This document shows positions 31,222 to 40,703 of a stretch of 64,000 nucleotides of DNA, in pieces (position 1 is the stretch's first letter; the number at the start of each line of letters is the position of its first letter). The stretch comes from Ignavibacteriales bacterium. Lineage in GTDB: Bacteria > Bacteroidota > Ignavibacteria > UBA10030 > UBA6906. The position numbers and the translations under genes are program-made. The notes beneath the pieces are model-generated. The model was not told the origin of the DNA and made no database searches. It saw only the letters and a program-made list of their open reading frames with translations. The stretch is from positions 15,001-79,000 of the forward strand of contig JBBIRR010000012.1 of assembly GCA_037441705.1 (NCBI GenBank), in the 5' to 3' direction.

Positions 31222-32130
31222 ATGACAAAAAACACACGCCGAGATTTTCTCAAAGTAAGCGCCGCTGCCGGGGCTGCCCTTGCCTCAGCGTCGCTGCAGC
31301 CGGCGAAAGCCGGGCCGAAGAACATTCTTTCCCCCGATCGCATGGGCGTCCTCGTGGACACGACGGTTTGCGTCGGCTGCCGCTCATGCGAGTGGGCATG
31401 CAAAGTTGCACACGAGCGACCCACACCGCCGCTGACGGAATATGAGGATACGTCGGTTTTCGCCAGCCAACGCAGACCGGATCCGGAGTCTGTTACGGTG
31501 GTAAACAAGTACGATGAAGCAGGCACGGAAGGAAGCCCGGTGTACGTCAAAGTTCAATGCATGCACTGCGACCATCCATCGTGTGTCTCGGCGTGCATCG
31601 TTGGCGCGTTTACAAAAGAGGAAAACGGTTCGGTCATCTGGGATACGAACAAATGCATCGGCTGTCGGTACTGCATGGTTGCGTGTCCGTTCCAGGTGCC
31701 CGCCTTCGAATTCAACGAAGCGCTGAAGCCCGATGTGGTGAAATGCGATTTTTGTTTTTCGCGAACGAAGGACGGCAAACTCCCCGCATGTGTGGAGACC
31801 TGCCCTGTTGAAGCTCTCACGTACGGTCCTCGAACAGAGTTGATCAAAGTCGCGCGGGAACGCATCCGCCGCTCGCCCGAACGGTATATCAGCCACATCT
31901 ACGGCGAACACGAGGCCGGCGGCACATCCTGGATGTATCTGGCACGCAAGGACTTCGCAAGTCTCGGATTGCCGAACGTCGGGACGCATGCGATGCCGGG
32001 GACCTCGGAGTCTATTCAGCATGGGATTTTTGCGTACTTCATTCCCCCTGTGCTGCTGTACGCCATGTTGGGGGGAGTTATGTGGGCAACACGGCGCAGG
32101 AAAGAATCTGAACACGAGGAGCTCAAATGA
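31222..32130 (+). CDS. Tat-exported 4x[4Fe-4S] protein, NrfC/HybA/HmcB family (copy 1)
   Basis: TRRDFLK signal; CVGCRSCEWAC, CMHCDHPSCVSAC, CIGCRYCMVACP, CDFC...CVETCP; C-terminal TM. Confidence 0.92.
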   Translation: MTKNTRRDFLKVSAAAGAALASASLQPAKAGPKNILSPDRMGVLVDTTVCVGCRSCEWACKVAHERPTPPLTEYEDTSVFASQRRPDPESVTVVNKYDEAGTEGSPVYVKVQCMHCDHPSCVSACIVGAFTKEENGSVIWDTNKCIGCRYCMVACPFQVPAFEFNEALKPDVVKCDFCFSRTKDGKLPACVETCPVEALTYGPRTELIKVARERIRRSPERYISHIYGEHEAGGTSWMYLARKDFASLGLPNVGTHAMPGTSESIQHGIFAYFIPPVLLYAMLGGVMWATRRRKESEHEELK

Positions 32131-33395
32131 ATTCCGTACATCACAAACCGCAACCGATGACGGCGCCGTTCTTCACGCCGGGAGTGATCGTTCTGATCGT
32201 TCTTGCGCTGAACGGACTCGGCTTTCTTCTGGCGCGATTTCTCTTCGGCATCGGTGCCGTGACGAACTTGAACAATCAATATCCGTGGGGGATCTGGATC
32301 GCGATTGATGTTGCTGCGGGCGTCGCCCTTGCGGCCGGGGGCTTCACCACGGCTGCGCTGGGCCACGTCATGCACAGAGAAGAATACCACGTCGTCGTGC
32401 GACCGGCACTCCTGACCGCCATGCTTGGCTACACGTTCGCTGCTCTTGCCGTGTGCATTGACCTCGGGCGCTGGTACTACATCTGGCACCCGCTGATCAT
32501 GTGGAACGGCAACTCCGCGCTGTTCGAAGTCGGCATGTGCGTGATGATCTACATGACGGTGCTCTACATCGAATTCATTCCCATTGTGGCCGAACGCTTC
32601 GTCGGAAGAATCAATCTGCCGGGCATACTCGCGCGGCTCAACAAGCCGCTCGATGCGATCCTGCGGGCGCTCGACCGCGGCCTCTCCAAAACGATGTTCA
32701 TCTTCATCATCGCGGGCGTGGTTCTTTCCACCCTCCATCAGTCCTCTCTCGGAACGCTGATGATCATAGCGGGACCGAAAGTGCATCCGTTGTGGCAGAC
32801 CCCGATTCTGCCCCTCCTGTTCCTGCTCTCTGCCATCTCGGTCGGTTTTCCGATGGTGATCTTCGAGTCAATGATTGCGTCGCGATCGTTTGGGCTGAAG
32901 CCGGAAATGGATGTGCTGTCTCGTCTTGGGTCCTTCATGGGGCCGCTGTTGAGCATCTACCTTGCCTTCAAGATCGGCGACATGGTGATTCGCGAAAGCT
33001 TCGTGTATCTCGCGGAGATCAATACCGCAAGCGTCATGTTTGCCATCGAGGTTGTTGTCGGCGTGGCGATTCCTTTGCGCATGTTCCTCTCGGAGCCGGT
33101 GATTCGCTCGCCCCTGTGGCTCTTCGTCGCCTCGTGCCTGGTCGTGTTTGGCGTTCTGCTCAACAGAATCAACACATTCATCGTGGCGTATAACCCGCCG
33201 TATGCCGTGAAGCCCTACTTTCCCTCGCTGGGAGAAATCTCGGTGACCGTTGGGTTTGTCTCGCTTCTGGTTCTTCTCTATCGGGTGTACGTGCGCACGT
33301 TCCCCGTCATCAGCGTGGCTGAACCGGTGCCGAAGGCAAGAGTGAAGTATGCGATCCGAAGTCTGCAGGAAGCTCCTGCAGGAGGTCAGTCATGA
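32127..33395 (+). CDS. NrfD/HybB/HmcC-family integral membrane subunit (copy 1)
   Basis: YPWGIWIAIDV, DLGRW, LSTLHQSSLG, NRIN; about 10 TM segments; ATGA overlap with the Fe-S gene. Confidence 0.9.
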   Translation: MNSVHHKPQPMTAPFFTPGVIVLIVLALNGLGFLLARFLFGIGAVTNLNNQYPWGIWIAIDVAAGVALAAGGFTTAALGHVMHREEYHVVVRPALLTAMLGYTFAALAVCIDLGRWYYIWHPLIMWNGNSALFEVGMCVMIYMTVLYIEFIPIVAERFVGRINLPGILARLNKPLDAILRALDRGLSKTMFIFIIAGVVLSTLHQSSLGTLMIIAGPKVHPLWQTPILPLLFLLSAISVGFPMVIFESMIASRSFGLKPEMDVLSRLGSFMGPLLSIYLAFKIGDMVIRESFVYLAEINTASVMFAIEVVVGVAIPLRMFLSEPVIRSPLWLFVASCLVVFGVLLNRINTFIVAYNPPYAVKPYFPSLGEISVTVGFVSLLVLLYRVYVRTFPVISVAEPVPKARVKYAIRSLQEAPAGGQS

Positions 33396-34537
33396 AAAGA
33401 ATCGTAATTGGGGCGGTATCGGTATTCGTCGGCATTGCCGCATTCGGCCAGAGCACCGACACCCGAGTGCGGCCGGTGCCCGGCATGACGTGCATGACGT
33501 GCCACAGCGTCGAGGTGCCGACAAAAGAAAACCCGGCGCTTCGCAGTTGCCCGCGCACACTGATGGCAACAGTCAAGCATACGGCCGAGGAAGGTCCGGA
33601 CATCATTGTGATGAATGCGCTCTCGGACAGTGCGAGCCTCTATCTGCCCGTACGCTTCACGCACAAGGCGCACGCGGAGATGTCGGAGATGGCGGGCGGC
33701 TGCACGATGTGCCATCACTACAATCCTCCGGGGCGCGTACTCGGTTGCGGCGAGTGCCACGAAGTGAACAGGCTGCGGACCAACCTCGGACGTCCCGACC
33801 TGAAAGGCGCGTATCATCAGCAGTGCCTGAATTGTCACAAGCGTTGGAGTGAAGATACCGGCTGTCGAAGCTGTCACGCGCTGCGGACTCAAGCGGGGGG
33901 AATTCAGAGCGAGAAGGCGGCGAAGAGCGTTCGCAAGCATCCGGTGGTGGCAAAGCCTGCGCGGGTTGTCCGAGAAACGGCGTACGAAGAAGGGCGCTTT
34001 GTAACTTTCTACCACAACGAACACATCGCCCTTTTTGGTCTGGAATGCGCGGACTGCCATTCCAGTGAGAGTTGTCTGCGCTGCCATCAAAAGGGGAAGC
34101 GTGCATCGGCGCAGCCGGCGGCGGCAAGCCTCGGACACGAATCGTGCGAACGCTGCCACAACGTGAACGAGAACTGCAATCGTTGCCACGATGCTGAACC
34201 AAAGCCCGGCTTCGATCACCAGCGACGCTCCGGCTGGGCATTGAAGCAATATCATGAGCAACTGAACTGCAATCGCTGCCACACAAAGAAAAATGTTTTC
34301 GTCGGTCTCTCAAGCACCTGCACCTCCTGCCACAAGCCGTGGACTCCTGAGAACTTCCGGCATGCTGTGGTAGGGCTGACGTTGGATCAAACACACGCCG
34401 CCCTTAGCTGCGAGGTTTGCCACGCGGACGAGAAGTTTGCAAAACCTTCCTGCGAGGCGTGCCATGAAGGCTACACGTATCCGGAAAAGTCACCCGGCAA
34501 GCGCGTGAAGCGCCTTGCTGTCGCAAAAGGGAAGTGA
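33392..34537 (+). CDS. Periplasmic multiheme cytochrome c, 13 CxxCH motifs, containing a c3-like module
   Basis: Sec signal; CMTCH, CTMCH, CGECH, CLNCH, CRSCH, CADCH, CLRCH, CERCH, CNRCH (twice), CTSCH, CEVCH, CEACH; FTHKAH and AYHQQC c3 signatures. Confidence 0.92.
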   Translation: MKRIVIGAVSVFVGIAAFGQSTDTRVRPVPGMTCMTCHSVEVPTKENPALRSCPRTLMATVKHTAEEGPDIIVMNALSDSASLYLPVRFTHKAHAEMSEMAGGCTMCHHYNPPGRVLGCGECHEVNRLRTNLGRPDLKGAYHQQCLNCHKRWSEDTGCRSCHALRTQAGGIQSEKAAKSVRKHPVVAKPARVVRETAYEEGRFVTFYHNEHIALFGLECADCHSSESCLRCHQKGKRASAQPAAASLGHESCERCHNVNENCNRCHDAEPKPGFDHQRRSGWALKQYHEQLNCNRCHTKKNVFVGLSSTCTSCHKPWTPENFRHAVVGLTLDQTHAALSCEVCHADEKFAKPSCEACHEGYTYPEKSPGKRVKRLAVAKGK

Positions 34538-34540
34538 GTC

Positions 34541-36418
34541 GTGAATTCGAAGCTGTTCCGAAAACTTGGCTTTCGCCTGATCGTCGTTGTCAGCATCACG
34601 ACCATCGTGATCATCGGCGTGTATTCGTACTTCAGCATTCGGACGCAGCGGGCAATGCTGCTCGATGAGGTGGAGCGCCATGCGAATCAACTGAGCGAAA
34701 CCGTCAGGAAAAGCACGCGCTACGGCATGTTGGTGAATCAGCGAGAGCAGGTACACAAGATCATTAACGATGTCGGCACCGATCCGGCGATCCATGAGGT
34801 ACGGGTCTTCAACAAAGAAGGCGTCATCATCTACTCGTCGCGACAGGAGAACATCGGCCACGTTGTGGATAAGAACGCGGAAAGCTGCTACAAGTGTCAT
34901 GCAGCGGACCGTCCGCTGGAGCGGCTGCCGGATGTGGAGCGCACCCGGATCTTCCGCGTCCATCCTGACTCGTCGAGGATCCTCGGCGTCATCGCGCCGA
35001 TCTACAACGAGCCTTCATGCTGGCAGGGTGACTGTCATGCACACAGCAGACAGCAATCGGTGCTGGGGGTGTTGGATGTAACGTATTCGCTGGCGGACGT
35101 TGACCGCAAGATTGCGATGAGTCAGGTGGAGCTTGCCGTGTTTGCGCTTGCTGCCATCGTTGCCGTCAGCCTCATCATCATCTTCTTCGTCCGGCGTTGG
35201 GTGGTGGTTCCCGTCGACGCGCTTGTCGCGGCGACGCAGCAGGTAGGCAGCGGCAATCTGAGCTACCGCATCGGCGAAATGGGAGACAATGAACTCGGAA
35301 TGCTGGCGCGATCGTTCAACACTATGACGCAGAAACTCTCCGAGGCGCGCCTGCAGCTGTTCCAATCCGACAAGATGGCCTCGCTCGGCCGCCTTGCGGC
35401 AGGAGTTGCACACGAACTGAACAATCCGCTTACCGGCGTCCTCACATATAGTTCGTTCCTTCTCAAGCGAGCGAATAACGATCCCGCGCTGCGCTCCGAC
35501 CTGGAAGTGATCGTCCGCGAGACGACGCGCAGCCGTGAGATCGTAAAGAGTCTGTTAGACTTTGCACGTCAATCCGTTCCGAAGAAGTCGCCTGCGAATC
35601 TCAATCAGATTGCCGAACGGGCCATCGCCGTCGTGGAAAAACTCCCCGCACTGCGCGGGATCAGGATCATCCGTCAGTTCGATGAGAACCTGCCGGAAGT
35701 GACGGTGGATGCGAATCAAATGCAGCAGGTATTCACCAACCTGCTGGTGAACGCGGCGGATGCGATTGGGGACAAGAGCGGCACCATCACCATCGGCACG
35801 AAGCTTTCCACACTTCCGCCGTATGGGGTTGCCCGCATCAGGAAAGCCCTCTGCCCCAAGCGCCACGACTTGATGGACGAAGAATGCAAGATTGACGGGT
35901 TGCCTTCCATCAGAGTGAAGTCCCGCTGGAACGGCAACGAAGGCTTCATTCATCTCGACCCCGTCTATGGCAAGCGTCGGCACGAGTACGGCTACCCCGT
36001 ACCAGCAGGCAAAGAAGTAGAAGTCGCTTGCCCGCATTGCGGCGCTACGCTCATCGAGCGTGATGTGAAGTGTCCGCAGTGCGGCGCATCGAGCTTTGCC
36101 TTTGAAGTTCCACCGGCGGGAAAATTCAGAGCATGTGCGCGCAAGGATTGTGAGTGGCAGCGATGGGATGCGCTGGAGGCAGACGGCAAGCAGGAGTATG
36201 TAGAAGTGACGGTCAGCGACACCGGAGCGGGAATACCGGAAGAGCATCTAGGAAAAATCTTCGAGCCGTTCTTCTCAACAAAAGGACAAAAAGGAACGGG
36301 GCTGGGACTGGCGGTGATCTGGGGGATCATTGATAATCATAACGGAACGATTCGCGTGCAAAGCGAAGTGGGAAAGGGGACGACATTCACAATCCGGCTG
36401 CCGCTGCAGCAGAGGTGA
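34541..36418 (+). CDS. Sensor histidine kinase with heme-c motifs in the periplasmic domain, HAMP, and a Cys-rich insert in the ATPase domain
   Basis: Two TMs; CYKCH and CWQGDCH; H-box AHELNNP; N-box NLLVNA; DTGAGI, FEPFFSTK, GTGLGL. Confidence 0.92.
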   Translation: MNSKLFRKLGFRLIVVVSITTIVIIGVYSYFSIRTQRAMLLDEVERHANQLSETVRKSTRYGMLVNQREQVHKIINDVGTDPAIHEVRVFNKEGVIIYSSRQENIGHVVDKNAESCYKCHAADRPLERLPDVERTRIFRVHPDSSRILGVIAPIYNEPSCWQGDCHAHSRQQSVLGVLDVTYSLADVDRKIAMSQVELAVFALAAIVAVSLIIIFFVRRWVVVPVDALVAATQQVGSGNLSYRIGEMGDNELGMLARSFNTMTQKLSEARLQLFQSDKMASLGRLAAGVAHELNNPLTGVLTYSSFLLKRANNDPALRSDLEVIVRETTRSREIVKSLLDFARQSVPKKSPANLNQIAERAIAVVEKLPALRGIRIIRQFDENLPEVTVDANQMQQVFTNLLVNAADAIGDKSGTITIGTKLSTLPPYGVARIRKALCPKRHDLMDEECKIDGLPSIRVKSRWNGNEGFIHLDPVYGKRRHEYGYPVPAGKEVEVACPHCGATLIERDVKCPQCGASSFAFEVPPAGKFRACARKDCEWQRWDALEADGKQEYVEVTVSDTGAGIPEEHLGKIFEPFFSTKGQKGTGLGLAVIWGIIDNHNGTIRVQSEVGKGTTFTIRLPLQQR

Positions 36419-36424
36419 CGTGCC

Positions 36425-37204
36425 ATGAGCAAGCAATACGATCTGTTGGTGATTGATGATGAACCGGTGGTGTTGGATGCGGTCGTCAGAGTGTGCGGCG
36501 CGCATGGGATCAGTGTTGATGGTGCCTCCGATTCCCACGCGGGTCTGCGCCGCCTGCAGGCCAATCGGTATCGGCTCGTCCTGTGCGACATCATGATGCC
36601 CGACCTCGACGGCTTCCAACTTCTCAGCCGCATGCTGACGCAATCGCCCGATACGCCGGTGGTGATGACCACGGGGTACTCCACCATCGAGCACGCCGTC
36701 CGCTCGCTCAGCAGCGGAGCGATCGGCTATCTCCCCAAACCATTCACAGAAGAAGAACTCATCAGTACCGTTCAACGGGGTTTGAACTTCTCCACGATGA
36801 TACGTGCAGGAAACCTCGATGCCGCCTGCCCGGACCACTACTACGCGCTCGGCTTCATCAGCTGGGCAAAATTGGAGGAGACAGGAGCAGCCCTCATCGG
36901 TGCAGCCGATCTCTTCCTCAAAGCGATCGGGACAGTGAAGGAAGTACGTTTAATCTCACCTCAGGAAGAAATTGTGCAGGGGACAACATGTGCACGCATC
37001 GCTTCGATGACCGACCTGCTGCACGACGTGCTCGCTCCGATCAGCGGCAAGATTTTGGAAATCAACACAAAACTGCAGACTGATGTGGGCATCCTGCAGC
37101 ACGATCCGTATGGGCAAGGCTGGCTCTACCGGGTTGTTCCAGAAGATATTGAATACGAGATCAAACAACTTTCTGTTGGCGGGTTGGTGGAGAATAAAGA
37201 ATGA
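36425..37204 (+). CDS. Response regulator: receiver + GcvH-fold domain
   Basis: IDDE, LCDIMMPD, TTGY, LPKPF; then SWAK...IGAADLF...LAPISGKILEIN...DPYGQGWL. Confidence 0.85.
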   Translation: MSKQYDLLVIDDEPVVLDAVVRVCGAHGISVDGASDSHAGLRRLQANRYRLVLCDIMMPDLDGFQLLSRMLTQSPDTPVVMTTGYSTIEHAVRSLSSGAIGYLPKPFTEEELISTVQRGLNFSTMIRAGNLDAACPDHYYALGFISWAKLEETGAALIGAADLFLKAIGTVKEVRLISPQEEIVQGTTCARIASMTDLLHDVLAPISGKILEINTKLQTDVGILQHDPYGQGWLYRVVPEDIEYEIKQLSVGGLVENKE

Positions 37205-37306
37205 GCAGCGGATGTTTTTTGTCGTGCAGATTCTCTGGAGTCCCTCTTCCTATGAGAGAGGAGGAAGGGTGAGGCTGTAAAGAACCAAACTCAGGAGACA
37301 TGAACT

Positions 37307-38470
37307 ATGGCCATCTTCATCTTAGCTGTAATCACATTTATCATCGCTGATCTTCTGCTACGCTACGGGCTGAAGACGTGGAAGGAACGAAAAATTCGGC
37401 GGGAGCGCGAAGAAGCGCTGCAAACGAGCCTGCGCCTCGACTTCAGTCGTGAGGCGAAGACGCTCAAGCGAGTGACCGTTGAGCACCCGAAGGCACGCAT
37501 CCTGTGTGTCGATGACGAAGAAGTCGTCCTCGACAGCTTTCGAAAAATCCTTGTGCTCGATGGCTACTCCGTTGATACAGTGATGTCGGGGAAAGAAGCG
37601 CTCGGCCTCATCCAATCACATCATTATGACTTTGTCTTTACGGACCTGAAAATGCCGGAGATGTCCGGTGAAGAGGTGACCAAAGCGGTGAAGCACCTCA
37701 GGCCCGATATTGATGTCATCATCATCACGGGCTACGCGACCGTGGAGTCTGCCGTCGAGTGCATGAAATATGGCGCGATGGATTACATCCAGAAGCCGTT
37801 TACGGAAGATGAGCTGCTCGACATGACCCGGAAGTTCGTCATTCGCCGGAACGAGCGCATCAAGAAGGAGTTGAAGCCGCGCGTGCACGTCACGCATCTG
37901 CCGAAAGCAGAAGGGCTTCTCGAATCGGAGTTTGCGATTCCCGGCGGCGTCTTCATCTCCGAGGGGCACACGTGGGCTTGCATGGACGAGGACGGCACGG
38001 TGAAAGTGGGGCTGGATGATTTTGCCAAGAAGTTCATCGGCAGGATTGATGATCTTGAAATGCCGAATCTGGGTATGACGGTGAAGAAGGGACAGCCGCT
38101 GTTCTACGTCAAGCAAGGCTACCGCACGATTCCCTTCAGCAGTCCCGTCAGCGGGCGCGTTGCGAAAGTGAACGCCGCGCTGAAGGGAGATTTGAAAGCA
38201 TTGGATGTGACGCCGTACGGCGACAATTGGGTCTGCGTCATTGATGCCGACCATCTCGACGATGAAATCCCGAAGTTGAAGATCGGGAAAGCGGCGGTTT
38301 CGTTCTACCACGACGAACTTGAGCATGCCCACAAGTACGTTCATCGCGCGGCCGGCAACGGCCAGGACGGAAGCGGCAACGGCTCGTCCGAAGCATTCAA
38401 GTCCGGAGAGCTTGAAAAGCTGAATGACAGAGAGTGGGATGAGGCAGTGGCGGAGTTTTTTAAGCGGTGA
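37307..38470 (+). CDS. Membrane-anchored response regulator: TM + receiver + GcvH-fold domain
   Basis: AGGAG RBS; N-terminal TM; VDDE, TDLKMP, ITGY, IQKPF; then GHTWA, VGLDDFA, SPVSG, PYGDNW. Confidence 0.88.
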   Translation: MAIFILAVITFIIADLLLRYGLKTWKERKIRREREEALQTSLRLDFSREAKTLKRVTVEHPKARILCVDDEEVVLDSFRKILVLDGYSVDTVMSGKEALGLIQSHHYDFVFTDLKMPEMSGEEVTKAVKHLRPDIDVIIITGYATVESAVECMKYGAMDYIQKPFTEDELLDMTRKFVIRRNERIKKELKPRVHVTHLPKAEGLLESEFAIPGGVFISEGHTWACMDEDGTVKVGLDDFAKKFIGRIDDLEMPNLGMTVKKGQPLFYVKQGYRTIPFSSPVSGRVAKVNAALKGDLKALDVTPYGDNWVCVIDADHLDDEIPKLKIGKAAVSFYHDELEHAHKYVHRAAGNGQDGSGNGSSEAFKSGELEKLNDREWDEAVAEFFKR

Positions 38471-38471
38471 T

Positions 38472-38532
38472 GTAGGTCGAATCTCCAGATTCGACCCCTT
38501 AGGCCCGGAGCCGAGAGAGAGTCTCGCACTAC
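38472..38532. repeat. Inverted pair of GTAG-type REP-like palindromes
   Basis: GTAG overlapping GGTCGAATCT-CC-AGATTCGACC (10-bp perfect stem, 38475-38496); on the opposite strand GTAG-tg-CGAGA-ctctc-TCTCG ending at 38532. Confidence 0.5.
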
Positions 38533-38551
38533 AAAGAAGGAACATACCACC

Positions 38552-39418
38552 ATGAACCGAAGAACCTTTGTACGAACGATCGGCGCGGCGGGGGCTTCAG
38601 CTCTTCCGATATGTGTCGGACGCGCAGAGCAGGAAACACCTCCGAAGGAGTTCGTCGGTGTTCTCGTAGATACGACTCGCTGCGTGGGATGCCGGAGCTG
38701 TGAGATGACATGCGCCGAAGTGCATGGATTTCCGCAGCCCGATCCCGACGAGGCGGTGTTCGCGAAGGAACGATCGCCCTCGACAACGCAGTGGACGCTC
38801 GTCAATCGTTACAACACCGACAAGGGCGAGGTATTTGCCAAGAAGCAATGCATGCACTGCAACCAGCCGGCATGCGCATCCGCCTGTCTCACGAAGGCAA
38901 TGCTGAAAACGGAAGAAGGTCCCGTCATCTGGCGTGAGCCGAAATGCATGGGGTGTCGCTTCTGCATGATCTCCTGTCCGTTCGACGTGCCGAAATTCGA
39001 ATACGACAGTCCGATGCCCCGGATTCAGAAGTGTACGCTATGCTGGGAGCGGTTGCAGGAGGGCGAGCAACCTGCATGCGTGGAAGCGTGTCCGGCCGAA
39101 GCGCTGCAATTTGGTAAGCGTCGTGAGTTGATCGAAGAAGCGCGGCGGCGCATCGTCGAAAATCCGGAAGAGTATGTACACCACATCTATGGCGAGCATG
39201 AAGCCGGCGGAACATCGTACATGTACCTCTCGAAAGTTCCGTTCGAACAACTCGGCTTCCGCACGGACCTCGATACGACTTCGTATCCCGAACTGAGCAA
39301 GGACTATCTCTACGCCGTACCAATTGTGTTGACACTCTGGCCGGCATTTCTGCTCGCGCTGAGCAACGCCACGAAGAAGGAAGGCGAACCGGGCGAAGGA
39401 GGAGGTGGCGATGAATAA
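38552..39418 (+). CDS. Tat-exported 4x[4Fe-4S] protein, NrfC/HybA/HmcB family (copy 2)
   Basis: NRRTFVR signal; CVGCRSCEMTC, CMHCNQPACASAC, CMGCRFCMISCP, CTLC...CVEACP; C-terminal TM. Confidence 0.92.
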   Translation: MNRRTFVRTIGAAGASALPICVGRAEQETPPKEFVGVLVDTTRCVGCRSCEMTCAEVHGFPQPDPDEAVFAKERSPSTTQWTLVNRYNTDKGEVFAKKQCMHCNQPACASACLTKAMLKTEEGPVIWREPKCMGCRFCMISCPFDVPKFEYDSPMPRIQKCTLCWERLQEGEQPACVEACPAEALQFGKRRELIEEARRRIVENPEEYVHHIYGEHEAGGTSYMYLSKVPFEQLGFRTDLDTTSYPELSKDYLYAVPIVLTLWPAFLLALSNATKKEGEPGEGGGGDE

Positions 39419-40703
39419 GGACAGTCACGCTCTGGCACTTGTTGCAAGCGAAGCCAGACGCTTCGCAACCTTCATCCTTCAGGAGTTGAAGCCGAAGGGG
39501 AAACTCCTGACGCCGTTCAACATCTTTGCCGCGGTGGTTCTCCTGGTGGCTGCGGTTCTCCTGTTCATTCGCTTCACGAAGGGACTCGCCTACGCCACCA
39601 ACCTGTCGCAGGATTTCCCGTGGGGGATCTGGATCGGGTTCGACGTCATCACAGGCGTTGCATTTGCCGGAGGTGCGTACGTCATCACCTTCATGGTGTA
39701 CGTGCTGCGGTTGGAGAAGTATCATCCGATCGTTCGGATAACTGTTCTGAATGGTTTTCTCGCGTACGTGTTCTATGCGGGCGCGCTGCTGTTCGATCTC
39801 GGTCGTCCGTGGAATGTCATCAACCCTATCATCGGGAATGACTTCGGCGTCAGCTCCGTCATGTTCCTTGTCGCGTGGCACTTTATGCTCTACATGATCA
39901 CGGAGTTCATCGAGTTCTCCCCCGCCATCGCCGAGTGGCTCGGTTGGAAGCGCATTCGTAAGTTCCTCGGCTCACTCACACTCGGCGCGGTGATTCTTGG
40001 CATTACGCTTTCAACCCTCCACCAGTCGGGACTCGGTGCCCTTTTTCTGATGGCGAAGAACAAGATTCATCCCCTCTGGTACACGGAGTTCATTCCGATT
40101 CTGTTCTTTGTATCGAGCATCTTCGCCGGTTTATCCATGGTGATCTTCGAGGGCACCATCAGCCGTCGGGTGTTCCGCTCGCAGATCAGCCCTGCTCATC
40201 ACGCTGCCCACGACGATATCGTTATCGGGCTTGCACGCGTGTGCGCCGGAACGATGTACGTGTACTTCTTCCTGAAGCTGCTCGTTTTCGTTCATGGTCA
40301 GCATTGGGAGTACATCAACACGCCGATGGGATACTGGTTCCTCGTGGAGATGATCGGGTTCGTACTGATACCGGTACGGCTCTTCACGCGTGCAGTTCAG
40401 TTCGGTAATCTCACCCTCGTTCGCATTGCTGCAGTACTGACCTTGATCGGAATTGTGCTGAACCGGCTGAACGTGTCGGTCATCGCCTACAAGTGGTACG
40501 CCACCGAACACTACGTTCCGTCGTGGATGGAAATTGAAATCACGCTGGCGGTGGTTGTGGCGGAGATCCTGGTCCTTCGCTGGGTCGTGAATCGGATGCC
40601 GATTCTACGAGAGCCGCCAGAGTGGGCAACGGACAGAAGAGGAGGAGAGAAGATACAGTTTTATGTTCGAAAGGAGGAAAAGCAATGGGCAACAACTACG
40701 TAG
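39411..40703 (+). CDS. NrfD/HybB/HmcC-family integral membrane subunit (copy 2)
   Basis: FPWGIWIGFDV, DLGRPW, LSTLHQSGLG, NRLN; GGAGG RBS. Confidence 0.9.
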   Translation: MNKDSHALALVASEARRFATFILQELKPKGKLLTPFNIFAAVVLLVAAVLLFIRFTKGLAYATNLSQDFPWGIWIGFDVITGVAFAGGAYVITFMVYVLRLEKYHPIVRITVLNGFLAYVFYAGALLFDLGRPWNVINPIIGNDFGVSSVMFLVAWHFMLYMITEFIEFSPAIAEWLGWKRIRKFLGSLTLGAVILGITLSTLHQSGLGALFLMAKNKIHPLWYTEFIPILFFVSSIFAGLSMVIFEGTISRRVFRSQISPAHHAAHDDIVIGLARVCAGTMYVYFFLKLLVFVHGQHWEYINTPMGYWFLVEMIGFVLIPVRLFTRAVQFGNLTLVRIAAVLTLIGIVLNRLNVSVIAYKWYATEHYVPSWMEIEITLAVVVAEILVLRWVVNRMPILREPPEWATDRRGGEKIQFYVRKEEKQWATTT

